NCBI GenBank assembly: GCA_016192145.1
Contig: JACPUT010000005.1
Coordinates: 188,592 to 252,591 of the forward strand
Direction: 5' to 3'
From: Acidobacteriota bacterium
GTDB lineage: Bacteria > Acidobacteriota > Holophagae > Holophagales > Holophagaceae
DNA length: 64,000 nt
A model generated the notes under the pieces. The model was not told where the DNA came from and did not search any database. It worked only from the letters and a program-made list of their open reading frames with translations. Positions 22,975 to 32,580 of this stretch are shown piece by piece. Made by a program: the position numbers and the translations under genes. How positions within the stretch are numbered: position 1 is the first letter of the stretch; every line of letters begins with the position of its first letter.

Positions 22975-25458
22975 TCAAGCCCCATTCCCAGGGGGAAGCC
23001 GCGGCTTGCGGAAGTGGAGGATGACCCCGGCGAGCAGAGCCGTTCCCACCCCTCCCAGCAGCGCGGGGACTGCGACGGGTCCCAGCTTGAGCAGGTTCCG
23101 GATCGGCCCCAGCATCAGCAGCGCCCCCGCCAGAAGCACGCCACCACTCAGGACGGCGATGAGGCGATTGGGGCGCCCGCCCCCGCTCCTGGCCATGAGA
23201 ACGAGGAAGTAGCAGCTGAGGATGAGGGCCGGGAAGGTAGCGCCCCGGACCCCCTCCTCGGACCACCCGAGGCTCCCGCCCAGGCCGGCGAAGGCGAGCA
23301 GGGGAATCGCCACGAACAGGCCCTGCCGCAAGCCCATCCAAAGGGCCGTCGCGCCGAAGGGATTGTCATCCCGGGGTCGCGGGGGGCGATCCATGAGCCC
23401 CGGGCCAGCTTCCTCCGCCTCCAACACGAGCGAGCAGGCGGGATCGATGAGGAGCTCCAGCAGCACGATGTGCGGCGGCAGCAGGAGGGGTGGCCATCGG
23501 AATAGCAGGGGGGCGAGCGTCAGCAGCAAAACCGGCACATGGACGGCGTAGATGAACCGCGCCGACCGCACGAGGTTATCGTAGACGCGCCGCCCCATGC
23601 GCACACCCTCCACGAGGCTGCCGAAGCTGTCGTCCAGGAGCACGAGGTCCGCCGTCTCCCGGGCCACGTCCGTGCCCCGGGCCCCCATGGCCACGCCCAC
23701 CTGGGCCGCCTTCAAGGAGGGGGCATCGTTGACGCCGTCGCCGGTCATGCCCACCACCTCGCCAAGGGCCTGGAGGGTGGTCACGAGCCGCAGCTTCTGT
23801 TCCGGCCTCAGCCGCGCGCAGACCGTGGCCGAGGCCAACCGGGCCCGGAGGGTCGCATCGTCCAAGGAGGCCACCTCCTCACCCATGAGGGGGGCCAGGG
23901 TGGCGTCGAGTCCCGCCTTGCGCGCGATGGCCAGGGCCGTCTCCGGGTGGTCCCCCGTCATCATGAGCACGCGGATGCCGGCGCTCCGGCAGGCGGCGAT
24001 GGCCTCCGGAACCTCCGGCCGAAGCGGATCCTCCAGTGCCACGAAGCCCAGGAACTCGAAGGCGAAGTCGTGCTGGCTCCCGGGCAGGTCGGGGCCCGGG
24101 TGGCGACCCGCCGCCACGCCCAGCACGCGCAGGCCCCGGCCCGCCATCTCCGCGGCCACGGCCTGGAGCCCTGCGTGGAGCCCGGGATCCAGGTGGCAGA
24201 GATCGAGGATGGCCTCCGGCGCTCCCTTGGTGGCGAGCAAGTGGCCGCCCCCTTCGGCGTACACGAGGGTCATGGCGAGGATGTCCGCCGTGAGCTCGTA
24301 GGCCCGGGTGGGCTTCCAGCCATCGTGCAGATGTTCCGTGCCATCCAAGGTGCGAAGGGCGAAAGCCCGCAGGGCCACTTCCATGGGATCGAAGGGATCC
24401 GCCGGCGTGGCCAGTACGCTGATCTCCACGAGGCGGTGCGCCTCCTCGGGCAATCCGGTCGCTTCCGCCACTTCCAGTCTCAAGCCTTGAGTCCATAGTT
24501 CGGCCACTTCCATCCGGTTCTGGGTGAGGGTGCCCGTCTTGTCCACGGCCAGCAGGGTGATGGAACCCAGGGCCTCCAGGGCCGGGATGCGGCGCGTGAG
24601 CACTCCCCGGGCGCTCATGCGCCAGGCCCCCATGGCGGTGAACACCGAGAGCACCACGGGGATTTCCTCGGGCAGGAGGGCCATGGCCAGGGCGAGGCCC
24701 GAGAGAAGGCTCGGCAGCAGGGCCCGGTCGGCCCACTTCCAGGAGATCAGCACCGCGCCCATCGCCACCAGGAATCCCACGCTGGCCCACACGCGCACCA
24801 GACGCCGGGAGGCCGCCTGCAGGGGCGAGGGTGGCGTCCGCGCCTCGGCGAGGGTGCGCCCGATGCGTCCCATGCGCGTTCGTTCGCCCGTGGCCATCAC
24901 TTCGGCCTGCGCCGTCCCCTTGGCCACGAGGGTGCCTGCGTGAACCTCGCCTGTATCCCCCTCATCGCCGGCCCGTTTGAGCACCAACCCCGACTCCCCG
25001 GTGAGCAGGCTCGCGTCGACCTGCAGGAGTCCCTCCAAGACCCGCGCATCCGCCGCGACCCGATCCCCTTCGGCGAGCAGGAGGAGATCGCCACGCACCA
25101 CTTCCTGACCAGGAATGCGGAAGGCCTCCCCACCCCGCACCACCCGGGCCCGGGGCGCCGAGAGATCCCGCAGCTTCTCCAGGGCCCGCTGGGTGCGGCG
25201 GGACTGGAAGAAGGTGATCCCGATGATGAGCCAGACGAAGACGAGCATGATCGCGGCTTCGGCGGGATCCCCCAGCAGGAGGTAGATGCCGCCCGCGCCC
25301 ACGAGGAGCAGGAGCATGGGCTCCGACACCACCTCCCAGAAGAGGTTCAGGGCCGTGCGCGGCCGGGCCGAAGGCATGAGGTTCGGGCCATCCGCCTGCA
25401 GCCGGGCTGAGGCCTCGGCCTGCGTGAGTCCCCCTCGCGGTTCCGTGGACGACGGCAC
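22975..25458 (-). CDS. Cation-transporting P-type ATPase (P2-like, not the heavy-metal P1B type)
   Basis: DKTGTLT, MTGDH and GDGVNDAPSLK motifs. TM4 carries LPEEIP, with no CPC motif. I chose the start at GTG 25458, after the RBS aaggag; the ORF stays open upstream to 25608. Confidence 0.85.
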   Translation of the reverse strand: MPSSTEPRGGLTQAEASARLQADGPNLMPSARPRTALNLFWEVVSEPMLLLLVGAGGIYLLLGDPAEAAIMLVFVWLIIGITFFQSRRTQRALEKLRDLSAPRARVVRGGEAFRIPGQEVVRGDLLLLAEGDRVAADARVLEGLLQVDASLLTGESGLVLKRAGDEGDTGEVHAGTLVAKGTAQAEVMATGERTRMGRIGRTLAEARTPPSPLQAASRRLVRVWASVGFLVAMGAVLISWKWADRALLPSLLSGLALAMALLPEEIPVVLSVFTAMGAWRMSARGVLTRRIPALEALGSITLLAVDKTGTLTQNRMEVAELWTQGLRLEVAEATGLPEEAHRLVEISVLATPADPFDPMEVALRAFALRTLDGTEHLHDGWKPTRAYELTADILAMTLVYAEGGGHLLATKGAPEAILDLCHLDPGLHAGLQAVAAEMAGRGLRVLGVAAGRHPGPDLPGSQHDFAFEFLGFVALEDPLRPEVPEAIAACRSAGIRVLMMTGDHPETALAIARKAGLDATLAPLMGEEVASLDDATLRARLASATVCARLRPEQKLRLVTTLQALGEVVGMTGDGVNDAPSLKAAQVGVAMGARGTDVARETADLVLLDDSFGSLVEGVRMGRRVYDNLVRSARFIYAVHVPVLLLTLAPLLFRWPPLLLPPHIVLLELLIDPACSLVLEAEEAGPGLMDRPPRPRDDNPFGATALWMGLRQGLFVAIPLLAFAGLGGSLGWSEEGVRGATFPALILSCYFLVLMARSGGGRPNRLIAVLSGGVLLAGALLMLGPIRNLLKLGPVAVPALLGGVGTALLAGVILHFRKPRLPPGNGA

Positions 25459-25622
25459 AGGTACCCTCTCCTTCAATGTGGGCCTCTTCCCGGTGACGGA
25501 GCCCACAGAATCATCATGGAGTCCCGAATTTGGGATGCCCGTCCCAGGACTGGGACGCCATCGCAGGCCACGCCTCCGCTTGAACGGCGCCCATTCGTTG
25601 AAATCCATGGTGGTTTGCCCTT

Positions 25623-25637
25623 TGGCATGGGGTTCGC
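25623..25637 (+). promoter_or_regulatory. Candidate sigma-54 (-24/-12) promoter upstream of the MacA/ADOP cluster
   Basis: TGGCATggggtTCGC compared with the consensus TGGCACG-N4-TTGC. The GG-to-GC spacing is exact, and two flanking positions deviate. It lies 34 nt upstream of the adaptor ATG (25671). Confidence 0.5.
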
Positions 25638-25670
25638 TCCAGGTAAGCCGGCCCTGCGCCGGAGATCTTC

Positions 25671-26915
25671 ATGGACATCCCCCTCGACCGCCCCACCTCA
25701 CGGCGCAAACCCCTCCTCATCGGAGGCGCGGCCCTGGGCTTGCTCGCCCTAATGGCGGGCGTTTCCCGACTCAAACCCGCCGCGCCGGTGGCGGAACGAC
25801 AATCCCTGCTCCTGGACGTGGTGAAGCAGGGTCCCATGGTCTTCCAGGTGCGCGGCACAGGCACCCTCGTGCCCCTCCACGTGCGATGGCTCACGGCCGC
25901 CACGCCGGGACGGGTGGAGCGCCTCCACATCCTGCCCGGCGCCGCCGTGAAGGCCGGCGACGTGATCCTGGAGCTGAGCAACCCCGAGGTGCAGCAGGGC
26001 GCCCAGGACAGCGAATGGGCCCAGCGAAGCGCCGAGGCGGACCTGCTGGGAGCCAAGGCCCGCCTGGAAACGAGCCTGCTCGACGTGCGCGCCTCCCTCG
26101 CCTCCGCCAAGGCCAGCCACAGCAACGCCCGCATGTCTCTCGAAGCCAATGAAAAATTGGCCCTGGCCGGCCTCGTGAGCGGGCAAGATCTCGCCCGGTC
26201 CCGATCCCAGAGCGAGGAGCTCAGCACCCGCTTCGACATCGAGCAAAGGCGCCTCCAAATCAGCTCCGATTCCCTCAAGGCCCAGCTGGCCACCTACCAG
26301 GCCAAGGTGGAGCAGGCCCGCGCCCTCCACACCCTCAAACGCAGCCTCCTGGAGGGGCTGAAGGTGCGGGCCGGCATGGATGGCGTCCTGCAGCAGCTCC
26401 CCGTGCAGGTGGGCCAGCAGTTGAACCCCGGCATCACGCTGGCCAAGGTCGCCCAACCCACCCAGTTGAAGGCTGAGTTGAAGATCAGTGAGACCCAGGC
26501 CAAGGACCTCGCCCTCAACCTGCCCGTGAGCATCGACACCCGGAACGGGATCGTCCCCGGCCACGTGCTGCGCATCGATCCCGCCGTGCAGAACGGCACC
26601 GTCACCGTGGACATCGCCCTCGATGGCCCCCTGCCCAAGGGCGCCCGCCCCGACCTCTCCGTGGAAGGCGTCATCGAGATCGATAAGGCCGCCAACGCCC
26701 TCTTCGTGGGCCGCCCCGTGCAGGCCCAGCCTCACGGCCAGGCGACGCTCTTCAAGCTGAGCCCCGACGGCTCCGAGGCCTCGCGGGTGAAGGCGCGCCT
26801 GGGCCGCGGATCCGTGAACGCCATCGAGATCCTCGAAGGCCTTCGGCCCGGCGACAAGGTGATCCTCAGCGACACCTCCGCTTGGGATGGCGCCGACCGC
26901 ATCCGCATCCAATAA
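25671..26915 (+). CDS. HlyD/MacA-family periplasmic adaptor protein
   Basis: An N-terminal TM anchor (LLIGGAALGLLALMAGV), a lipoyl-like segment, long coiled-coil heptads and a C-terminal beta-barrel. It lies directly upstream of the MacB-type permeases. Confidence 0.85.
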   Translation: MDIPLDRPTSRRKPLLIGGAALGLLALMAGVSRLKPAAPVAERQSLLLDVVKQGPMVFQVRGTGTLVPLHVRWLTAATPGRVERLHILPGAAVKAGDVILELSNPEVQQGAQDSEWAQRSAEADLLGAKARLETSLLDVRASLASAKASHSNARMSLEANEKLALAGLVSGQDLARSRSQSEELSTRFDIEQRRLQISSDSLKAQLATYQAKVEQARALHTLKRSLLEGLKVRAGMDGVLQQLPVQVGQQLNPGITLAKVAQPTQLKAELKISETQAKDLALNLPVSIDTRNGIVPGHVLRIDPAVQNGTVTVDIALDGPLPKGARPDLSVEGVIEIDKAANALFVGRPVQAQPHGQATLFKLSPDGSEASRVKARLGRGSVNAIEILEGLRPGDKVILSDTSAWDGADRIRIQ

Positions 26916-26959
26916 CCCGAGCCCCCGCCCTTCCCGTTTCCCCTTCACCCAGGAGCTCC

Positions 26960-29374
26960 ATGTCCTCCTTCACGCTAGATCTTAAACACGCGCTGCGGGG
27001 CCTTTCGCGCACGCCCGGGTTCACCTTCCTGGCCGTGCTCTCACTGGCTCTGGGCATCGGAGTGAACAGCGCCGTCTTCACGATCCTCAACAGCGTGTTG
27101 CTGCGCCCCCTGCCCGTGCGGGAGCCCTCGCGCCTGGTGCGCGTCTACGCGGGTTCCCGGGAAAGCTTTTCGGTCCCCGCGTTCCGGACCCTGGCCCGCG
27201 AACAAGCCTCGGTGGATCTGGCCGCGGAGAGCCTCAAGCCCCTGAACTGGACCCGCGGAGAGCAGAGCCAGCGGGTCACGGGATCCATCGTCAGCGGCGG
27301 CTACTTCCCCGTGCTCGGCGTTCAGCCCTTCATGGGCCGCCTTCTGGGGCCCGAGGATGATCGCGTGCCCGGCGGCCACCCGGTGGCCGTGCTGAGCCAC
27401 CGCTTTTGGACGCGGAAGCTGGAGGCGGATCCCTCGATCCTTGGCCGAGCGCTCACGCTGAACGGCCACACCTTCACGGTGGTGGGCGTGGCCGCCCCCA
27501 CCTTCCACGGGGATTTCCTGGGCATGGTGCCCGAGATCTGGGTGCCCCTCTCCATGCAGGCCCAGGCCTTCCCCCAGGAGAAGCGGGATCTGTTGGAGTC
27601 CCACGCCACGTCCTGGCTCGAGGTGTTGGGGCGCCTCCACCCCGGTGTCGGGCGGGCCCAGGCCCAGCAGACCCTCCAGGCCCTGGAAGCGGGCGTCTTT
27701 CAGCGGAAGCTCGACCCGGACGAAGGCCACATCGAGGTGGAGGCCATGGGCGGCCTGCCCCGGGCGATTCAAAGCGGCATGGGCGTCATCCTTCCCGCCT
27801 TGCAGGCGGTGGTGCTCCTCGTCCTGCTCATCGCCTGCTCCAACGTGGCGAACCTCCAGTTGGCCCGGGCCATGGCCCGCCGCCAGGAGGTGGCCGTGCG
27901 CATCGCCCTGGGGGGAAGCCGAGCTCAACTGGTCCGCCAGTTCCTCACGGAAAGCGCCGTGCTCGCCCTCCTCGGCGCGGGCGCAGGGCTGGCCCTGGGG
28001 GCCCTGGCCCTTCGGGCCGTGCCCTCCCTCATCCCGCCCGTGGGGCCCGACCTCTTCTTCGACCTGGGCATGGATGGGCGCGTGGTCTCCTTCGCGGTGC
28101 TGCTCTCCCTCGCCACGGGGCTTCTGTTCGGACTGGCCCCCGCCCTGCAATCCACCCGGCCCGACGTGATGAAGACCCTGAAGGAGGAATCCGCGGGAGC
28201 CACTTCCCGCAGGGGTCTCACCCGGCGCCTCTTCGTGGTGGCCCAAGTGGCCCTGAGCATGGTGCTTCTCGTCGCCTCGGGACTCTTCCTGCGCAGCTTG
28301 GCCAAGGCGAAAGACATCGACCCCGGATTCGAGCGCTCGAACATGGTCCTCTTCAACGTGGATCCCGGGACCATGGGCTACGGCCGGGATCGCAACGCGG
28401 CCCTCTTCGAAGCCATTCGCCACCGCGCCGCCTCCCTGCCCGGGGTCCGCAGCGTCGCGCTGGCCCAGATGGTCCCCTTGGAAGGGGGCCGCATGGAGAC
28501 CACGTACCAGATCCAAGGCCAAGAAGTTCCCAAGGGCACGCAAGAGCCCGAGACTGGCCTCAACAAAGTGGGCCTCGCCTATTTCCAAACTCTGGGCATC
28601 CCCCTGCTTTCGGGGCGTGAATTCGCGGAGGGGGACCAGCCCGGCGCCCCCAGGGTGGCCGTGGTCAACGCCACCTTCGCCCAAAAGGTGCTGGGGGGCG
28701 AGGCTCTGGGACGGCGGCTGGTCCTCGACAAGGAGGTCGTCGAAATCGTGGGCGTCGCGCGGGATGTGAAGTCCGGTTCCCTCGGCGAACCCGCGGCCCC
28801 GATGCTGTTCCGTCCCTTGGCGCAGGTTCCCGCCACCAGCCTCACCGTCCACGTGGCCACCACGGGGGATCCGACCCCCTTCCTCGCCCTCATGCGCGGC
28901 ATCGTTCGAGACGTGGACCCCTACCTTCCCGTGAACGAATTGCGCACCATGAAGCAGCATTTCCGCCTGGCCCTCTTCCCCGCCCGGACCGGCGCGCTCC
29001 TGCTTGGGATATTTGGATTTCTCGCGCTGACCCTCGCCACCACCGGGATCTACGGCGTCATGGCCTTCGATTCGACCCAGCGGCGCCGTGAGATCGGCAT
29101 CCGCATGGCCCTGGGCGCCCAGATCCGCGAAGTGGTGGGCCTCATCGTGGCCCAGGGCATGCGCGTGGTCTGCCTCGGTCTGGCCATCGGCTTGGCCTTG
29201 GCCTGGGGCCTGGCCCGCCTGCTTTCCAGCCTGCTCTATGGCATCGCCGCCACCGACGCCTTCACCTTCGCCGCCATCACCGCCCTGCTGGGAGGCGTGG
29301 CCCTCCTCGCCTGCCTCATCCCCGCCCTGCGGGCCGCCCAATCCGAACCCATGCTCGCCCTTCGTAGCGAATAG
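26960..29374 (+). CDS. ADOP-type duplicated FtsX/MacB-like ABC permease (copy 1)
   Basis: N terminus LDLKHALRGLSRTPGFTFLAVLSLALGIG. There are two internal FtsX signatures (RQEVAVRIALGG and RREIGIRMALGA) and the C terminus ends ...ALRSE. Length is 804 aa. An aggag RBS precedes ATG 26960. Confidence 0.9.
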   Translation: MSSFTLDLKHALRGLSRTPGFTFLAVLSLALGIGVNSAVFTILNSVLLRPLPVREPSRLVRVYAGSRESFSVPAFRTLAREQASVDLAAESLKPLNWTRGEQSQRVTGSIVSGGYFPVLGVQPFMGRLLGPEDDRVPGGHPVAVLSHRFWTRKLEADPSILGRALTLNGHTFTVVGVAAPTFHGDFLGMVPEIWVPLSMQAQAFPQEKRDLLESHATSWLEVLGRLHPGVGRAQAQQTLQALEAGVFQRKLDPDEGHIEVEAMGGLPRAIQSGMGVILPALQAVVLLVLLIACSNVANLQLARAMARRQEVAVRIALGGSRAQLVRQFLTESAVLALLGAGAGLALGALALRAVPSLIPPVGPDLFFDLGMDGRVVSFAVLLSLATGLLFGLAPALQSTRPDVMKTLKEESAGATSRRGLTRRLFVVAQVALSMVLLVASGLFLRSLAKAKDIDPGFERSNMVLFNVDPGTMGYGRDRNAALFEAIRHRAASLPGVRSVALAQMVPLEGGRMETTYQIQGQEVPKGTQEPETGLNKVGLAYFQTLGIPLLSGREFAEGDQPGAPRVAVVNATFAQKVLGGEALGRRLVLDKEVVEIVGVARDVKSGSLGEPAAPMLFRPLAQVPATSLTVHVATTGDPTPFLALMRGIVRDVDPYLPVNELRTMKQHFRLALFPARTGALLLGIFGFLALTLATTGIYGVMAFDSTQRRREIGIRMALGAQIREVVGLIVAQGMRVVCLGLAIGLALAWGLARLLSSLLYGIAATDAFTFAAITALLGGVALLACLIPALRAAQSEPMLALRSE

Positions 29375-29382
29375 GAGCCCCC

Positions 29383-30081
<699 letters not shown>

Positions 30082-30145
30082 AGATCACCCCTCAGCTGGC
30101 TCCTAGTCTGACTTCCGCGACGCCCTGCGCATCTTTGGACGGCTT

Positions 30146-32578
30146 ATGCATCCCTTCCTTCAAGACCTCAAGCAGGCCCTGCGCGGGCTCCTCAAGGCGC
30201 CGGCCTTCACGCTCACGGCCCTGCTCACGCTCGCCCTCGGCATCGGCGCGAACACGGCCATGTTCAGCGCCATCCGGGGGCTCCTGATCAAGCCCCTCCC
30301 CTTCCGGGAGGCCGATCGGCTGGTGGCCCTGTGGGAATCCCGTCCCCTCAAGAAGGAGGCCACCTCCCCGCTGTCGGCGCCCAACTTTTTTGATTGGAAG
30401 GACCGCGCCACCCGAGGCTTCGAAGGCATCAGCGTCGTTGAACCCGTCCCCTTCGACTTGGCCGGAGGCGGGCCGCCGCAGCGGATTTCGGCGCTTAGGG
30501 TCAGTTCGAATTTCTTCGACCTCCTCGGCATCCAGCCCCGCCTGGGCCACGGTTTCCGACCCGACATGGAGCGGCCTGGGAATGAGCGGGTCGTCTTGCT
30601 CAGCCATGGGCTTTGGAAGCGCCGCTTCGGCGCGGACCCAGCCTTGATCGGCCACACCCTCACCTTGAGCGGGGTGGCCCACACCGTGCTGGGCGTCATG
30701 CCTGAGGGATTTCTCTATCCGGTGGGCGCCGCCCAGGATCTCTACCTGCCCTTCCCGCGAAAGGTGAATCTAGGCAGCCGCAACGGGCACCGGCTGATGG
30801 CCATCGCCCGACTTCGGCCTGGGGTCACCCACGCGGCCGCCCAAAGCGAGCTTGCCGCCATCGCCGCCGACCTCGCCCGCACTTACCCTGACACCAATGA
30901 GGGCAATGGTGCCGTGGTGCGCGACCTGCACGACGACCTCCTGGGGGAAAGCTCCAAGCCCCTGCTTCTGCTCCTGGGAGCGGTGAGCCTCCTGCTCCTC
31001 ATCGCGTGCACCAACGTGGCCAACCTCTTTCTCCTCCGGGCGATCTCCCGGGAGCGGGAGGTCGCCATCCGCGCCGCCCTCGGTGCCACCCGCGGGCAGT
31101 TGCTATCCCGCTTCTTCTCCGAGGGCCTGCTCCTGGGGTTCATGGCGGCCTTGGTGGGCCTTGGGGTCGCATCCGCGACGCTCCGCCTGCTCCCCGCCCT
31201 CCTACCCAACACGGGGGACCTGAACCAAGTCCAGCGCCTCGGCATCGATCCATGGACCTTGGCCTACACGCTCGGCCTCTCCCTCCTCACCAGCTTCGCC
31301 TTCGCCTTGGTTCCCGCTTGGCAGCTGCGGGAAGCCCACCTGAGCCAGGGTGCGCGCATGGGGGCCAAGGGCAGCTCCGCTTCGGGGCGCCTCCGGTCCA
31401 GCCTGGTGGTGACGGAGGTGGCCCTCGCCATGCTGCTGCTCATGACCACGGGCTTGCTCCTGCGCAGCTTCTTCAAGGCGCTGGCCACCCACCCCGGGTT
31501 CGAGAGCAAAGGCGTCATCGCCTTCGAGGTGGACCTGGCCTCCCATCGCTATCCCAAGGATGCCCAGCAAGGCGCCTTCCAAGCGGAGCTGGAGCGGCGC
31601 CTCGGCCAAATCCCAGGCATCGCTTCCGTGGGTTCGGCCCTCTTCGCGCCCATGTCCGGAAGCAGCTGGACCACCTCCCTCCACATCGGCCCCACCGCGA
31701 CCCCTTCGTCCCGATGGCCCCACCGGGCGGACGTGAACACCGTCAGCCCGGGATTCTTCGAAACCCTCAACGTACCTCTGCGGGCGGGCCGAACCCTCCA
31801 AGCCGCGGACACGGCCGCCAGCGGTCGGGTGGTGGTCGTGAACGAGAGCTTTGCTCGGATGCTCGCCCCGACGGGGCAGGCAGTGGGCCTTAAACTCCTC
31901 GGGGGCATGTCAGGAACCGAGACTTCGCCGGAAGGCACGCTTTGGGAAGTCGTCGGAGTCGTGGGGGATATCCGGCAGCGCAGCCTCGAAACGGCCGCCC
32001 CTCCCATGGTGTTCGTGCCCCTGGCCCAGAGCCCCATGGGCACGCTGGCCTTCTTCGTGAAGAGCCCAGCCTCCTTCGCGGCCCTGAGCGGCGCCATTCG
32101 AGCCGCGGTCCACGGTCTCGATGCCGAGATGGCCTTGGATCGTTTCGAGCCCTTCGAGAATCAGGTCCGCCGCAGCCTGGGGGATCGACGGCAAACCTTG
32201 GTGCTGCTCACGGCCTTCGCTAGCCTGGCCCTCCTCCTTGCCGGTGTGGGCATCTACGGGGTGATCGCCTATGGCGTCAGCCAGCGCACCCGGGAGATCG
32301 GCATTCGGATGGCCCTGGGAGCCCAGATCCGGGCCGTGCTCCGACTCGTGATGGGCCAAGGGCTCAGACTCACCCTTCTGGGAATCGGAATCGGCCTCCT
32401 GGGCTCCGTGTTCACCGGCCGCCTGCTCTCGAACCAGCTCGTGGGTCTGGGCCCCATGGATCCCCTCACCAGCCTGGCGGTGGCGTCCTTGCTCTGCTCC
32501 GTGGCGATCCTCGCCTGCCTCGCCCCCGCCCTTCGCGCCGCACGGGTCGATCCCGCCATCGCCCTCCGATCGGAGTGA
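30146..32578 (+). CDS. ADOP-type duplicated FtsX/MacB-like ABC permease (copy 2)
   Basis: N terminus FLQDLKQALRGLLKAPAFTLTALLTLALGIG. Signatures REREVAIRAALGA and TREIGIRMALGA. C terminus RVDPAIALRSE. Length is 810 aa. Confidence 0.9.
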   Translation: MHPFLQDLKQALRGLLKAPAFTLTALLTLALGIGANTAMFSAIRGLLIKPLPFREADRLVALWESRPLKKEATSPLSAPNFFDWKDRATRGFEGISVVEPVPFDLAGGGPPQRISALRVSSNFFDLLGIQPRLGHGFRPDMERPGNERVVLLSHGLWKRRFGADPALIGHTLTLSGVAHTVLGVMPEGFLYPVGAAQDLYLPFPRKVNLGSRNGHRLMAIARLRPGVTHAAAQSELAAIAADLARTYPDTNEGNGAVVRDLHDDLLGESSKPLLLLLGAVSLLLLIACTNVANLFLLRAISREREVAIRAALGATRGQLLSRFFSEGLLLGFMAALVGLGVASATLRLLPALLPNTGDLNQVQRLGIDPWTLAYTLGLSLLTSFAFALVPAWQLREAHLSQGARMGAKGSSASGRLRSSLVVTEVALAMLLLMTTGLLLRSFFKALATHPGFESKGVIAFEVDLASHRYPKDAQQGAFQAELERRLGQIPGIASVGSALFAPMSGSSWTTSLHIGPTATPSSRWPHRADVNTVSPGFFETLNVPLRAGRTLQAADTAASGRVVVVNESFARMLAPTGQAVGLKLLGGMSGTETSPEGTLWEVVGVVGDIRQRSLETAAPPMVFVPLAQSPMGTLAFFVKSPASFAALSGAIRAAVHGLDAEMALDRFEPFENQVRRSLGDRRQTLVLLTAFASLALLLAGVGIYGVIAYGVSQRTREIGIRMALGAQIRAVLRLVMGQGLRLTLLGIGIGLLGSVFTGRLLSNQLVGLGPMDPLTSLAVASLLCSVAILACLAPALRAARVDPAIALRSE

Positions 32579-32580
32579 CC

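Noticed and set aside
25459-25608. A 50-codon N-terminal extension of the P-type ATPase (ATG at 25608).
   Set aside because: It would leave only 62 nt for the divergent promoter and adds an Arg/Pro/Gly-rich tail unlike P-type ATPase N termini. GTG 25458 has an aaggag RBS. The extension is not excluded, only disfavoured.
30136-30149. A second sigma-54-like element, tggacggcttatgc, before ADOP copy 2.
   Set aside because: The GG-to-GC spacing is one nucleotide short of the consensus, and the GC falls inside the start codon region of the permease gene.
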